Below, in pieces: positions 26,096 through 37,685 of a DNA stretch of 64,000 nt. Within the stretch, counting starts at the first letter, position 1. Every line of letters begins with the position of its first letter. The DNA comes from Lama guanicoe (lineage: Eukaryota), in NCBI GenBank assembly GCA_013239625.1, contig MU053504.1, positions 560,001-624,000 of the forward strand, given 5' to 3'. The notes below the pieces were generated by a model that did no database searches, had not been told where the DNA came from, and was given only the letters and a program-made list of their open reading frames with translations. Position numbers and translations under genes: made by a program.

Positions 26096-27786
26096 GATTT
26101 CTGGTCAAGATAGTGGAGCAGTCAGACCACAAACTCGTCTCCCCTCATGACTACAACAAAACCACAACTGACTGGTAAACAACCATCAAAAAAAAAAAAA
26201 AAGCCTGAAACTTAGCAAAAAAGATCTTCTTCAACTGGAAACATAAAGAGGGAACCACAGTAGGAATGGTAGGAGGGGCATGCTTGTGATATAATCAGGC
26301 CCCATACCCCCTGGGTGGGCGACCCACAAGCTGAAGAATAATTAAGGTGCAGAGGCCCTCCCACAGGAGTGAGAGTTCTGAGCCCCACGTCAGGCTCCCC
26401 AGCCTAGGGTTCTGGTATTGGGAGGAGGAGCCCTCAGAACATCTGGTTTTCAAGGCCAGTGCGGTTTAACTCCAGGAGCCACAAGGGACTGGGGGAAACT
26501 TCACTCTCTTGGGAAGTGCACACAGAATCTCTTGTGCGCCGGGTCCAAGGGCAGAGGCAGTGACTTCATAGGAATCTGGGCCAGACCTGCCTGCTGGTTT
26601 TGGAAGAAGGCCTCCTGGGGAGGTAGGGGGAGGCTGTGGCTCACCCTGGGGACATAAAAGCTGGTGGCAGACATTCGGGGAGTGTTCATCTACATGAGCT
26701 TTCCTGGAGGTTGATATTTTGCTTGGGTCATTAGCACCAAGACTTAGCCCCACCCAACAGCCTGTAGGCTTACATGCTAGGAAGCCTTGGGCCAAACATA
26801 CTGGGTAGGAACTCAGCCCCACCCATTAGCAGACTTACTGAACCCAGGGCCACCTCTAGACACGCCCCAAGGTACAGCCCTACCCACCAGAGGGCCAGGA
26901 CCAAGCTCCACCCAGCTGAGGGCAGGTACCTACTCCTCCTGCCAGGAAGCCTGCACAAGCCTCTAGTCCAGCCTTATCCAATAGGGGGCAGATACTAGAA
27001 GTAAGAAAACAACAATCCCAAAGCCTGTGGAAGGAATCTGCAAACACAGGCCAGACTACTCGGACCAGCTGAACCCTGGCCCTTGGGTGGCAAGAGAGGA
27101 GTGCACTGCTGGAACACATAGGATGTCTCCCACAAAGGGCCACTTCTCCAAGGCCAAGAAACATAACTAATCTACCTAAAAATACAAATAGAAAGTTAGA
27201 CAGTATGAGATGGCAGAGAAATATACTCTAGGCAAAGGCACAAAACAAAATCCCAGAAGAAATAAGTGATGAGGAGATAGGCAGTCTATCTGAGAAAGAG
27301 TTTAATGATTGTGAAGATGTTCGGAGAACTCAAGAGGAGAAAAGATACACAGAATAAAGTTTTTAGTAAAGAGCTAGATAATACAAAGAATACCCAAAGA
27401 GAGTTGAAGAATATAATAACTGAAATGAATAACACCCTAGAAGGAACCAAGAATAGACTAAATGAGGCAGAAGAATGGATCAATGATCTAGAAGACAGAT
27501 TAGTGGAAATCACTACTGCAGAACAGAAAAAAGAAAGAATGAAAAGAAATGAGAATAGCTTAATAAGAGACCTCTGTGACAACATGAAGTGCACTAATAT
27601 TCACATTATAGGGGTCCCAGAAAGAGAAGAGAAAGAGAAAGAACACGAGAAAATTACTGAAGCAGTAATAGCTGAAAACTTCCCTAACTTGGGAAAAGAA
27701 GCAGTCACACAAGTGTAGGAAGTGCAGAGTCCCACAAAGGATTAACCCAAAGAGGAACACACTGAGGCACATAGCAATCAAACTGA

Positions 27787-27823
<37 letters not shown>

Positions 27824-28115
27824 AGAAAATATTAAAATCAACCAGAGAAAAGCAACAAATAACATCAAATAACATACAAGGCAACTCCCATAAAGTTATC
27901 AGTTGATTTTTCAGCAGAAACCCTACAGGCCAGAAGGGAGTGTGGCACAATATATCTAAAATGATGAAAGGGAAAAACTTACAACCAAGAATACTCTGTC
28001 CAGCAAAGCTGTCCTTCAGATATGATGGAGAATTCAAAAGCTTCACAGACAAAAGATAAAAGAATTCAGTACCACCAAACCAGCTTTACAAAAATTTTTA
28101 AAGGAACTTCTCCAG
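26096..28115 (+). mobile_element. L1 5'UTR plus disrupted ORF1 (ATG at 27205); no ORF2; 5' half of a TSD-flanked chimeric insertion
   Basis: Starts with an L1-type 5' end (gatttctggtcaagatagtggag). ORF 27305-27718 encodes the ORF1p coiled coil and RRM start (RLNEAEEWINDLEDR...NIHIIGVPEREEKEK...IAENFPNL). Premature stops at 27229 and 27716; A34 tract at 27788-27821. L1 homology ends at the ORF1 terminus (aaggaacttctccag). Confidence 0.92.
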
Positions 28116-28439
28116 TTGATTGATTCAGTCACATTTCGTATGGAACACCACTAGTCATTCTGAAACCACCTCAGCAAGATACACTTACCAGGTTAAGCAC
28201 CTGGAGACTGCCCCCATTACAGAATGGCAGAACTGGATTTAGAACCCAGCCATCCAACATCCGACGCCTAACCCTCTCTATCTCCCCTCTCTCATGCACT
28301 CCCTTCCATAGCCCAGGCCTCCACCTCTCTGTTAGCTTGTGCCCTCCTCTAGCTTTTCCTGCAGAGACTGCAGAGCACAGAGCTGGAATCCAGGGAACTG
28401 CAAACATGACGAGGAGAACTGCGCATTCCATGTGGACGC

Positions 28440-28760
28440 CCTCAAGTCTGATTTCCAATCCCATGCGCCTGCGTCCTCATCGCCCGCAGACCCACGAGAT
28501 ACCTACAAGCGCGGCTCCCAGTCAGGGCTCGGTTCAATCACACCCAGTTCAGAGGAGCCTCAGAAGTTGCTGTCCCCGCAAAGTAAAGGAGCTTGCGTTG
28601 GTCATCACGCCAGAAGTAAAAAGCCGAAGCTCTACTCGACCCTTACACACCAGAACCGGCTGTCTGTCTCTTAAATCAAGACGTTTGTCAGCGCACTCCC
28701 GCGCATGCGCACCAGCCGTGGAAGGAGCTCCCAGAAGCCTCTGCGGTCCAAGTCTGTAAA
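28440..28760 (-). promoter_or_regulatory. CpG-rich promoter-like segment carried inside the L1 chimera (NRF1 site, ZNF143-like motif)
   Basis: Perfect NRF1 palindrome GCGCATGCGC at 28701-28710; ZNF143/SBS-like ctcccagaagcctctgcg at about 28728-28745; about 21 CpG in 28441-28746 by hand count. Strand inferred from the minus-strand donor at 28189. Confidence 0.65.
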
Positions 28761-29299
28761 GTAGACTGAGGGGCCTCCCCCAGTCCCGCCACTTTCACTC
28801 CATAGACTTGCGTCCCACCACAGGGCCCTGAAGGGCTAACCATGCTTAGGGTAGGTGGCAGGACATGCCAAACTTCTGTGGCTTCCTCCACCCCATCTAG
28901 GAAAACTGGCCAAAATCTTTCTTACCTTCTCCAAGCCACCCACTCCCCTCCACCATTTTCCTGGAATCAAAAAGCAGTGAAATAATTTCAAAAAGATATT
29001 GTCTTGTATGTAACATGATTTAACTTAGTTTTCTCTGGAAAAAAAAAGTATCTATACAGTTTTTAAAATACAGTGATGCCAAAGCCTCTACATGTGATGT
29101 AATTATCCACTGAAATCCACCAAAAATGAATTAACTGACTACTAAAATGAACTAAATCTTAAATAACAGAAAGAAATTTTTGACTATGACAGTAAAACTT
29201 GAAGTCTGTTATCAAGGAAAGTTGAGCAGTCTTGTTTATCTGGAGATAATGATGCAGTCCTATATACAAATTGGGAATGAACTGAAACCGCTCTGCTGA

Positions 29300-29690
29300 T
29301 CATTTGCTACTTTTCCTATCCATATTTCCTGCTTCTTGTTCTGTATTGTAGGAAACTCTGCCCTGCAAGCTAACATTTCCAGGCTTCCTTGAAATCTGGT
29401 TTCTAGATAGAGTCAAACCAATGTGAGACTCTCAAGAGATTGGAAGACAAGGAGAAGGAGTAACGCAGGGAATTCCTTTCCAACTCTGGTTCTTCATGAT
29501 TCTAGTCCCCTCCAGGTGACTCCAATCCTGGGCTCTGATTCTCACCCTTTTCCTCCAACCCTAGGTAAGACACTAGCTTTGCGCCATTGCTAATTTTTAG
29601 GTTACCTAACCTTCTCTTGTTTGATTTGAAAATCCTCCAAACCCCTTTGTACACTAATTCCCCTTATTAAATCCTCTCTATTGTTCTGCA
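29300..29690 (+). mobile_element. LTR33-like ERVL LTR fragment, truncated just after its ATTAAA signal
   Basis: Resembles recalled LTR33 consensus (acatttccaggcttcctt...ccaatgtgagact...gagattgga; aattccccttattaaatcctctct). ATTAAA at 29666-29671. Confidence 0.6.
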
Positions 29691-29719
29691 ATTAATCAAT
29701 CAATAAAATGTGCCTAGTC

Positions 29720-29890
29720 AAAATTTCTTCTTATACTTCAACTGAAAACAACACATTGCAACAGAAGGAATGCAGAAATAATTGTGAGAATTCAGCCATC
29801 TTCTATTAAGCCAGGCATCAAAGAGATGTACAAAAAATGTAAAATAACACCACTCTTCTATTATGTTTTGTAAGAAAATATATTTATGGA
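29720..29890. mobile_element. hAT-Charlie DNA transposon fragment
   Basis: Charlie1-like signature ttcttcttatacttcaac...aacaacacattgcaacaga...tcttctattaagccag...aaagagat. Confidence 0.7.
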
Positions 29891-32800
29891 AAATACAGCT
29901 ATCAAAGAAATTATATAAGAAAAACTTTCAAACTGATGAACATATGTTTCCAGATTAAAATGACCTTCCAAATGCCCAGCACAGTAGATGAAAAACAGGA
30001 GGAGGAGGAGATAAAAGAAAGAAGACTCACACAAGGCTGTATTATGAAATTTCATCCTACCACAGATAAGCAGAAGATCCTGAAAGATTTCAGAGAGGAA
30101 TAAAAGCAATCACTTACAGAGAACAGAAATCAAAATGGCATCATGACTCTCAACAGCACTGGAAACTACAGGACATTGCAGCAAAGCTTCATTCTTAGGG
30201 AAAATAACTACCAGTCTAGAATAATATTCCCAGCCAAACTATCAATCGAGAGAGTAGAAGAAAGCCATTTTCTGACGCCACCGTGTGGCAGTGTTATGGT
30301 CATGGTCCCAATGAGTCACACCTCCCCCTCAGCCACACCACTCTGGGATGTGATTCTGCTGTTCCTCCCAGCGATGGGGAGTCTGTCTCTTCAGACCCTT
30401 GAGTCATGGCTGGACTTGTGACTTGTTCTAACAAGTAGAACATGGCAGAAGAGACACTGTGTGAGTTCCACAGCCAAGGCTTTACAAAAGCCTGGATACA
30501 TCTCCTCTCATCTTCTGGATGAGAGGCCCCCCACGGAACTGAGACCGTCATGATGCGAAGAGGCCTGGGCATGTCTACTGTGGGACGAGAGCCCACCTGA
30601 GAAGATAATCTAAAAGTGAGACGCCGAGACACAGCAATGTCATGTAAAATTCTTAGAGTAGTTTAATGTTATTTTCTACTAAATTGTCTTTTTCTTTAGA
30701 TTTATTTATGTATTTATAGTATGAGATTTTTGTTATATTTTGCTAATATTTTCTCTCTATTCTGGCTTATCTTTCATTTATGCTGTTCTTTATGACACAG
30801 AAGTTTTGTTTTTAATCTCATTTTAGGTGGTTATATCTATTAATTTCCTTTGTGAGGTCTTGTTTCTTGATTAACAAGGCTCCTGCCACTCAAAGATATT
30901 TATGTTAACATTCTTTTATTAAAAAACTCCCAACAGTATAAGCAATTGGTACAGTATGTTGGTGACTGTAGAAGGGAGCACTGAGAGTTTAAACTAGTCG
31001 TCCCTTGGCCGGGTTTGGGGGGTGCTGGCGTGAGGAGGTCCAGGCAGGAGGGCACTGCTTTTCTATGGGGACTCTGTCCCTCACAGACCAGCCTGGAATT
31101 TACACTGATGAAGTGTCTCCTGAATCTGACCACCTACTACCCTTGCTTCCACCAGTCTGGTCAAGGCCTCCCTCACCTCTGGCCTAAGCAACCCCAATTC
31201 TGTGGTTGACCTGAGCTGAGTGAAGTGGCTCCTCCTTTCACGAGAGGTTGCTGTCTGTGGGCGTCTGTGGGCTTGACTGAGTGGAACGTCCAGGTGGCTT
31301 TGACTTGGCTGGCAGTTGGTGCTGGCAGTTGGCTGGGTCCCCAGCTGGGACTGTGAGCCATGGCCCTCAACTCTCCTCCATATGGCCTCTCCATGTAGCC
31401 TGGGCTCAAGAGCTAGTGTTCCAAGAGGAAGGGAGTGGAAGCTGGAAATCCTCTGCAGGTTTGGGGTTGGAAGTCCCGAAACATCCCTTCCACTGCCTTC
31501 TAATGGTGAAAGCTGTCACAAGGCCAGCATAGACTCGAGGGGAGAGGAGGAATCACTGGGGGCCGTTTGTGGAGACCAGCTACCATGATCTACTTCAACT
31601 TCCCAGTTTCTAGAGACATCTTTTAAACATACATCACTCCCCTGCTGAAATCCACCAGTGCTCACTATACCTGTACCCTAATGCCCTGCCTTACCAGGCC
31701 CCTGCCCGACTCTGCCCCTCACCCACTGCTCTCCCCATATGGACTATTTCCTCATAACCCCTAAATCACCACCTCTCAGAGCCTTTGCATGAGCAGTTCC
31801 ATTAGCCCAGAACAGTTTTCCTCCAAGCCCTCACTTGGGTACTTTGTCACTCTCCCTGCTGTCATGCTCTGAGAGCTGACATTATTTATTTGCTCACATT
31901 TTGGGTCTCCTCTAGAACGTAAGGTCCTTGCAGGCAGCACCTTTCTCTTTGCTCTCTTGTAACTCACTCCTAACACCTAGACTAGCATTGATCACAGGGA
32001 TGGCATACCGTAAATATACTCTGTGGTTAACCGAACTTCCCTAAATCTTGGGCATCTAATGCTTTGAGAAATATATGAATTAATTCTAAACTAGGAAGAA
32101 CTACAGTGGTATTTGGCAGACAGATCCAATAATCTACCAGTCCTACATACCCTCCTGGCAAATATTTTCACCTTCCTAATAAAAGCTGGCAGCTGTTTTC
32201 CTGTGTGCCCTACAGGGCAGCTGCGGCAAAGCCCAGCCCCTGGTGGTCCGTAATCCATCTGCCCGATGCACGTGGGGAACTCATCAGAACCACTCTGGGC
32301 AGAAGCCAGGAGAGTGCTGCCCTTGGCATTTTCAATTTAATGCATTTTTGGTGTCAGCTGTCCCTTATTAATTCACTGGCTTTAATTAGAGGGTTGAACA
32401 GCAATTCCTAAACTCTGGCTTCTCGATGGTCCCCAAGAACCCAGTGCAGCCAAGGCTGTCAAATGAAGTGAACTCACATTTATCCAGGAAGCAGGTGCGT
32501 GCAGAGGGCAGAATTCTTAGACACATATTCCACATGTGTCAAAGATAAATCTAAGTCCAAGACAAAATGAACAAAGCCTGTTCACTCAGAAACCTGAAGC
32601 AAGGGAAACCCTTCTGCCGTCACCTTTGCTTCATCAGGGGTTCAAAGGTGTCAGGGAGTATGCTAATTGAGTAAAAAGAAAACACTGGTGCAGCGTCTCA
32701 TCAGCAAGTTTTGTTCTGGTAGGGTAGGGTCTGTGGAGTGAGGGAGAGACCAGGGCTCTTCAAGTGCATTGGGCCCTCCTTGGTTGGCTGCAAGGGGCAA

Positions 32801-34454
32801 GGCAAGCAGTTTGGGGACATTTCAAAAGCGGAAGAGGTGGAGGGTTTTTTGTGGCCGGCCATTTCCTGGAGCAAGTGGGGAGTCCATGGAATGCTTTTTT
32901 GTAGTCAAACTGTCATCCTAGTTATTAGCGAGTAGAGGAGGTGTGTGGCTGCCATAACCACATGAACTGAAGTTTCCCACATGATCACTGAATTTGAAAT
33001 GATTATAATTTGAGTTGGAAGTTATCTTAAAATACATCTGGTCACTCTGACCCACCACACACACCTCAGCGCCCACCCCAAGTTCATTCAACAAATGGAA
33101 AAACTCAGACACAGGGTAATTCAGGATCTAAGCCATAGCAAAGGTCAGAAGCAGAATTAGGAAGTGCTCCTGAATCTCAGGGCTGTGACTATAACCACCA
33201 TGCTTCTCAAAAATAAAAAGAGGAAAAAAAGGAACAATCAAGTCAGTATCAACATAAACCAGTTCCAGCCGGGCCCACCAGTGGCCCTGCTCCTTTGGTA
33301 ATGGATCTGGGATGCGTTCTGGGGCTCAGAGGCCCTGGGCTTCAGGAGAGCCAGCACTAGCGGGTAATGTGTCTCAACCGGTCTGGATCAGCCAATTCTC
33401 CACAGATTTAATTCTGGCCAACGAGCATGAGGGAAAAGTGGGTGGGTGGGTATCTGGAAAAAGAAAGTGCTCATTTTTTTTAGGAGACCATGGAAGTGAT
33501 AGCCCATTTTCTGCCATGGGACACCAGTGGGGTTCGTTTTCAGAGCATGGGAAAAGGCTTATACAGCTTGGCAACATGAACTGAAAGTTATAAAAATCTC
33601 TTTTGACCCTACAAGTCCTTCTAGTATTTTATCCTATAAAAACAAGGCAGTTAGTAAAGAAAAAAGTACACGTTCAAAAACGGTTTAATAAAAGCAAAAA
33701 ATTGAAAGTAAAGCAAGTAGCCAACAACAGGGTGTCAGGAAACATTGCGAAAGACTTTGAAATAGCTCCCCTCTCTTGCCCCCCGGCAATTACTGGGTGT
33801 TCCATCTACCCCCACTTCTGGGTTGTCTCTACCTTTCACTCTCTTTAAGCTACTTTAGAATGAGGTAAATTAAGGGAAAACTGATAATGCAGATGATTCC
33901 TGTGCAGAGAAATTCAAATTTCATCCAGCACAATGTAACATTATTGCTCTGTGGATACTGGCCAATTTTGCCAGTTTTGTATTTATTAAGCAAATTCATT
34001 TCAGCATTCCTACTAGGCTTATTATTAAAACATCTTACTAGTTCTCTCTTTAATTAATGAATTAAAATCTTTAACATGTTCAGTTTGCATCTGAGTCAGG
34101 ATTTTACCTTCTAAAAAAGTATCCTTTAACAAAGTGGTTAAATAAACATAGTACATTCACTTGATTTCATTTAGAGCCCTCTTAAAATAGTTATAAAGAC
34201 CACATTAACTACATTAACAAATACTCTTGATCAGAAACATGCAGTGGGGGAAAAAAATGCAGCATGCAAAATTTGTACTAGACTGTGATTAAAACTAAAA
34301 ACGGTAAGTGCCTAGGGCAAGAATTGGAGGGGAAGAAGAAAAAAATTGAAGTCTGATTTGTTAGGGTGGCAGGATCCTACAGATTTTTTTTTAATCCTAA
34401 TTTATTATTACTCTGGTTTTTGTTATAATTAAAAACTATAAGAAACAAAGACCT

Positions 34455-34940
34455 TGTATAAGTTTCCTTTTGCTGAAATTGCCATTGTAACAAATCGCCA
34501 CCAACAGTGGTTTAAAATGACCTACACTTATCATCTTTCAGCTCTGGAGTTAAGAAGTCCGAAATGGGTCTCATTGGGCCTAAAACCGAAGTGTTGGCAG
34601 GGCTGGTTCCTTCCAGAGGCCCTTGGGGAGGATTCTTTCCCTGTCCTTTTCCAGCTTCTAAAGGTCGCCAACATTCCTTGGCTTGTAGTCCCTTCCTCCA
34701 TCTTCAAAGCCAGCAACACAGCATCTTCAAATGTCTTCCCGTCCATCCTCACATCTCTGACTCATTTAAAGACCTTTGTGATTACAAGGGACCCACCCAC
34801 GTAATCCATGACAGTCTCCCTACATCAGAGTTCTTACTGTAATCACATCTGTAAAATCCATTCTGTCATGTAAGTTAACATACTCACAGGCTTCTGGAAT
34901 CAGGATGTGGCATCTTTGGGGGCCATGGTTCTGCCCTGTC
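34455..34940 (-). mobile_element. MLT1 (MaLR) solo LTR
   Basis: Typical MLT1 sequence (tgtataagtttcct...gtaacaaat...gttggcagggctggttccttc...ccttggcttgtag...aatcacatctgtaaaatcc...ggatgtggcatctttggggg). Confidence 0.85.
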
Positions 34941-36130
34941 CCCTATCCAGATGATTTCTTTGAACTTTTAAGTTCAATGAGAACTAATAGCTTCCCCATG
35001 TGTCTGAGTGCAAGACATTGTAAAATCTTCCTGAAATTAAATTCTGCAACAGGCAATACTATGGTAGAAAAAATTAAAACAATTGTTGCCTGTGGGGGTG
35101 GAGTGGGGACTGATGAGGGAAGGGTGTAAGGGAACTTTCTGAGATGATAGTGACAGTCTATATTTTGATAGGGTTTTAGGGTACAAAAGTATAAACAAAT
35201 ACTAAATTCTAAAACATATCTAGGGGAAATTGTAGTGATATCTGCCATTTATTTTGAAATGTGATATAAAGGAACAGATTGATAGAGGAATAGATAAACA
35301 TGTGATAAATAGGGGTACAGTAACATGTTTATGGTAGAATCTAGGTAGTTAGGTATACGGGTGGGTGTTCACTGGAAAAATCTTTTATTTGTTGTCTGGC
35401 AATTTTTATAGATGAATTTTGGGGACAATAAGACATAGCTCTGAAATAATACTCTGGTGACTTAAATTAATACAGGGGTGGATTTGGAAAATCACTAAGC
35501 AAGTCCTTGAACTATCTCTCTGTTTAAAACAAAGGCTCTCAACCAGGGAAATTTTGGAAGATGTCTAGAAAGGTGTGGACCACCACTATTTCTGGTGTCT
35601 GTGATGAGGGAGGAGGGGAGTATTACTAGCATATACTGGGTAGGGCCAGGGAAGCTACTGCAACCACCCAGACCATCCACATGACAAAAAAAATATCCAC
35701 ACCAAGTGTTCACCGAGGAACACTGATTTAAAACCCAAATCTTCCCGTTGTAACTTTTTATAGTTTGCTGGTACTACACCTCCAACTGGGTTGTAGCTCA
35801 TTTCTTGAGAGTTGGTTGCATCCACCACTTCTTGGCAACCTCAGAGAACCTAGCATAGAACTGGACCCAGAACACACATTTAATGAACATCTGATGATGG
35901 GCAAGGGAGTGGCTCCCTGATGACCCAGCCTGACATCCAAGTAGTTCCCTTCCTGGTAGATGAATGCAAATCTACTGCCCCCCAGCCCCCAAGAGGCCGA
36001 CGGGGAAGGTGCTCCTGCTGCAGTTTTGCTAAAACACAACCTCCAACACTACACTCCCACCATCACACCCCAACCCCATCCCCCAAAGGGCAGGGAGAGA
36101 CACCTGAAAGTAACCACCATCACGCAGGGC

Positions 36131-37224
36131 TGAGAAAAGCCAGCATAAAGCACTTTTATTGCAATAATAAAACTTGAAACTCATATGGAGTGCAGAAGGG
36201 TAGGGGTACGGGTGGGGTGTAGGCAGCAGTTTCTCTCACCGTATCACTACACAGGACAGCAAAGGGGTGAGAGGGGGGAAGGAAAAGCCAGGAAACTCTG
36301 AAATCAGCAGGGGGAGCAGAGCATCAAAAAACAGGAGATGCTGAAGCTGTGATGACCAGCATCATTTTCTTAAGACAACACTCAAGGATTTGTCATGATG
36401 GCTGGGCTTTCATGGGTGTTAAGTGTCTACAAACAGCACCTTCAATTTAAACTTTCGATTAAAGTTCTTAAAATTTAGGAAGTGGAGCTTGGATAGCTAT
36501 GAGATTACAAAAGTCCTGAATATCCATTAGAAAAACCACAGGATGGGGGGAAAAAAAAAGCCAGGCCATGAAAGAAGGCTTCAGAGGTCCCTGCTGGCTC
36601 GGGGACAGATACCTGTAGTGTCCAACATCTCAGTGAAAACTATCTGCTTTCAAAAGGCAGAGGGTTTAAGGGGAGGGTGGGGGTGGGGCAGTGGAGGCAA
36701 AGGCTCTCCCCCTTCCCACTTCTGTTTTGGGTAGGGCTTTTAATTCAACCCAAGGACATCTCTCAACTTGGAGAATAATTCGGCCCTCAAAAGCGCCTCA
36801 AATCTGCTATGGCTTTGCAGCGCAGCAGCAAGAATGTTTAATATATAATAGATAAAAATTTCATCCAAAAAAATAAAATAAAATAAAGATTCTTGCACCT
36901 CCCCCCACACACCAATTCCTATTCTAAAGTTAACCCATTACTTGTGCTGTTAATACTTGACTAATACTTAATTGGAAACCTAGATCCAAAAGACTGAAAC
37001 TCAATCTTCACCCCAAAACGAAAACAAAATAAAACGAGTAACTTGAGGTTTATGGCATATAGTTCAGGTCAACACACATACGGGGAGAGGGGAAGAGCAA
37101 AGCCGGTGACAGAACACATTCAGTCAGGGGAGATGTTTACACGGAGTGGAGTGGAACATCAGGAAGAGCTCCGTACGGATTCGCGTGTGCGCGTCTGGAG
37201 GCGCCAGATCCCTCCATGTCACAT
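36131..37224 (-). other. FKBP1A: FKBP1A non-coding exon 5 (3'UTR)
   Basis: Acceptor tttctgtccccaacAG at 37226-37225. Sequence resembles the recalled human FKBP1A 3'UTR (catggagggatctgg..cctccagac; ttccactccac; ttattgcaataaaagtgctttatg). Confidence 0.88.
36155..36160 (-). terminator. FKBP1A: FKBP1A polyadenylation signal AATAAA (cleavage near 36131)
   Basis: tttatt on the plus strand at 36155-36160, followed on the minus strand by GU-rich downstream sequence (gtgatggtggttactttcaggtgtct). Confidence 0.85.
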
Positions 37225-37514
37225 CTGTTGGGGACAGAAAACCGGTGAGTTTCAGCAACTCAACGCTCTGTGTGTGCAGTGAGGGCAGCCACAAGGCTGT
37301 CTGCCACACCAAGTCCCTACCCCAACAGCTGTGAGGTCTGACGTGGACCTCACCCCTTCTGCTCCAGCTGGGGAGGGCTGGAGGCCCAGGTGAGCAACCT
37401 CCTTCCTGCTTACACTGGTTGTGTTTTTTTGAACCTAAGGTTACATTTATGCTGCTGAGGACAGCAGGAGGGGCACAGCCCAGCAACGTGGCTGACAATA
37501 CAGTTCCCCATCAA

Positions 37515-37685
37515 CAGGTATCCAACCTGGCCGTACACAGGAATCACCTGGGGGCTTTAAAAAATCTGAATGCTTGGACTCCATTCCCAGTGATTGTGGT
37601 TAACTGGTCTGGGGTGCAGCCTGGGCATCAGGAGAGTCTTAAAAGCTTTCCAAGGACTTTAATGTGCACAGCCCTAAGCTGCTGC
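37515..37685. mobile_element. MER5A-like hAT MITE in FKBP1A intron 4
   Basis: Signature gaatcacctggggg-ctttaaaaa...tggtctggggtgcagcctgggcatcagga...aaaagcttt cca. Confidence 0.7.

Noticed and set aside
27305..27718. 137-aa coiled-coil ORF as a host gene or functional ORF1p
   Set aside because: Fragment of L1 ORF1 bounded by premature stops and frameshifts; not intact.
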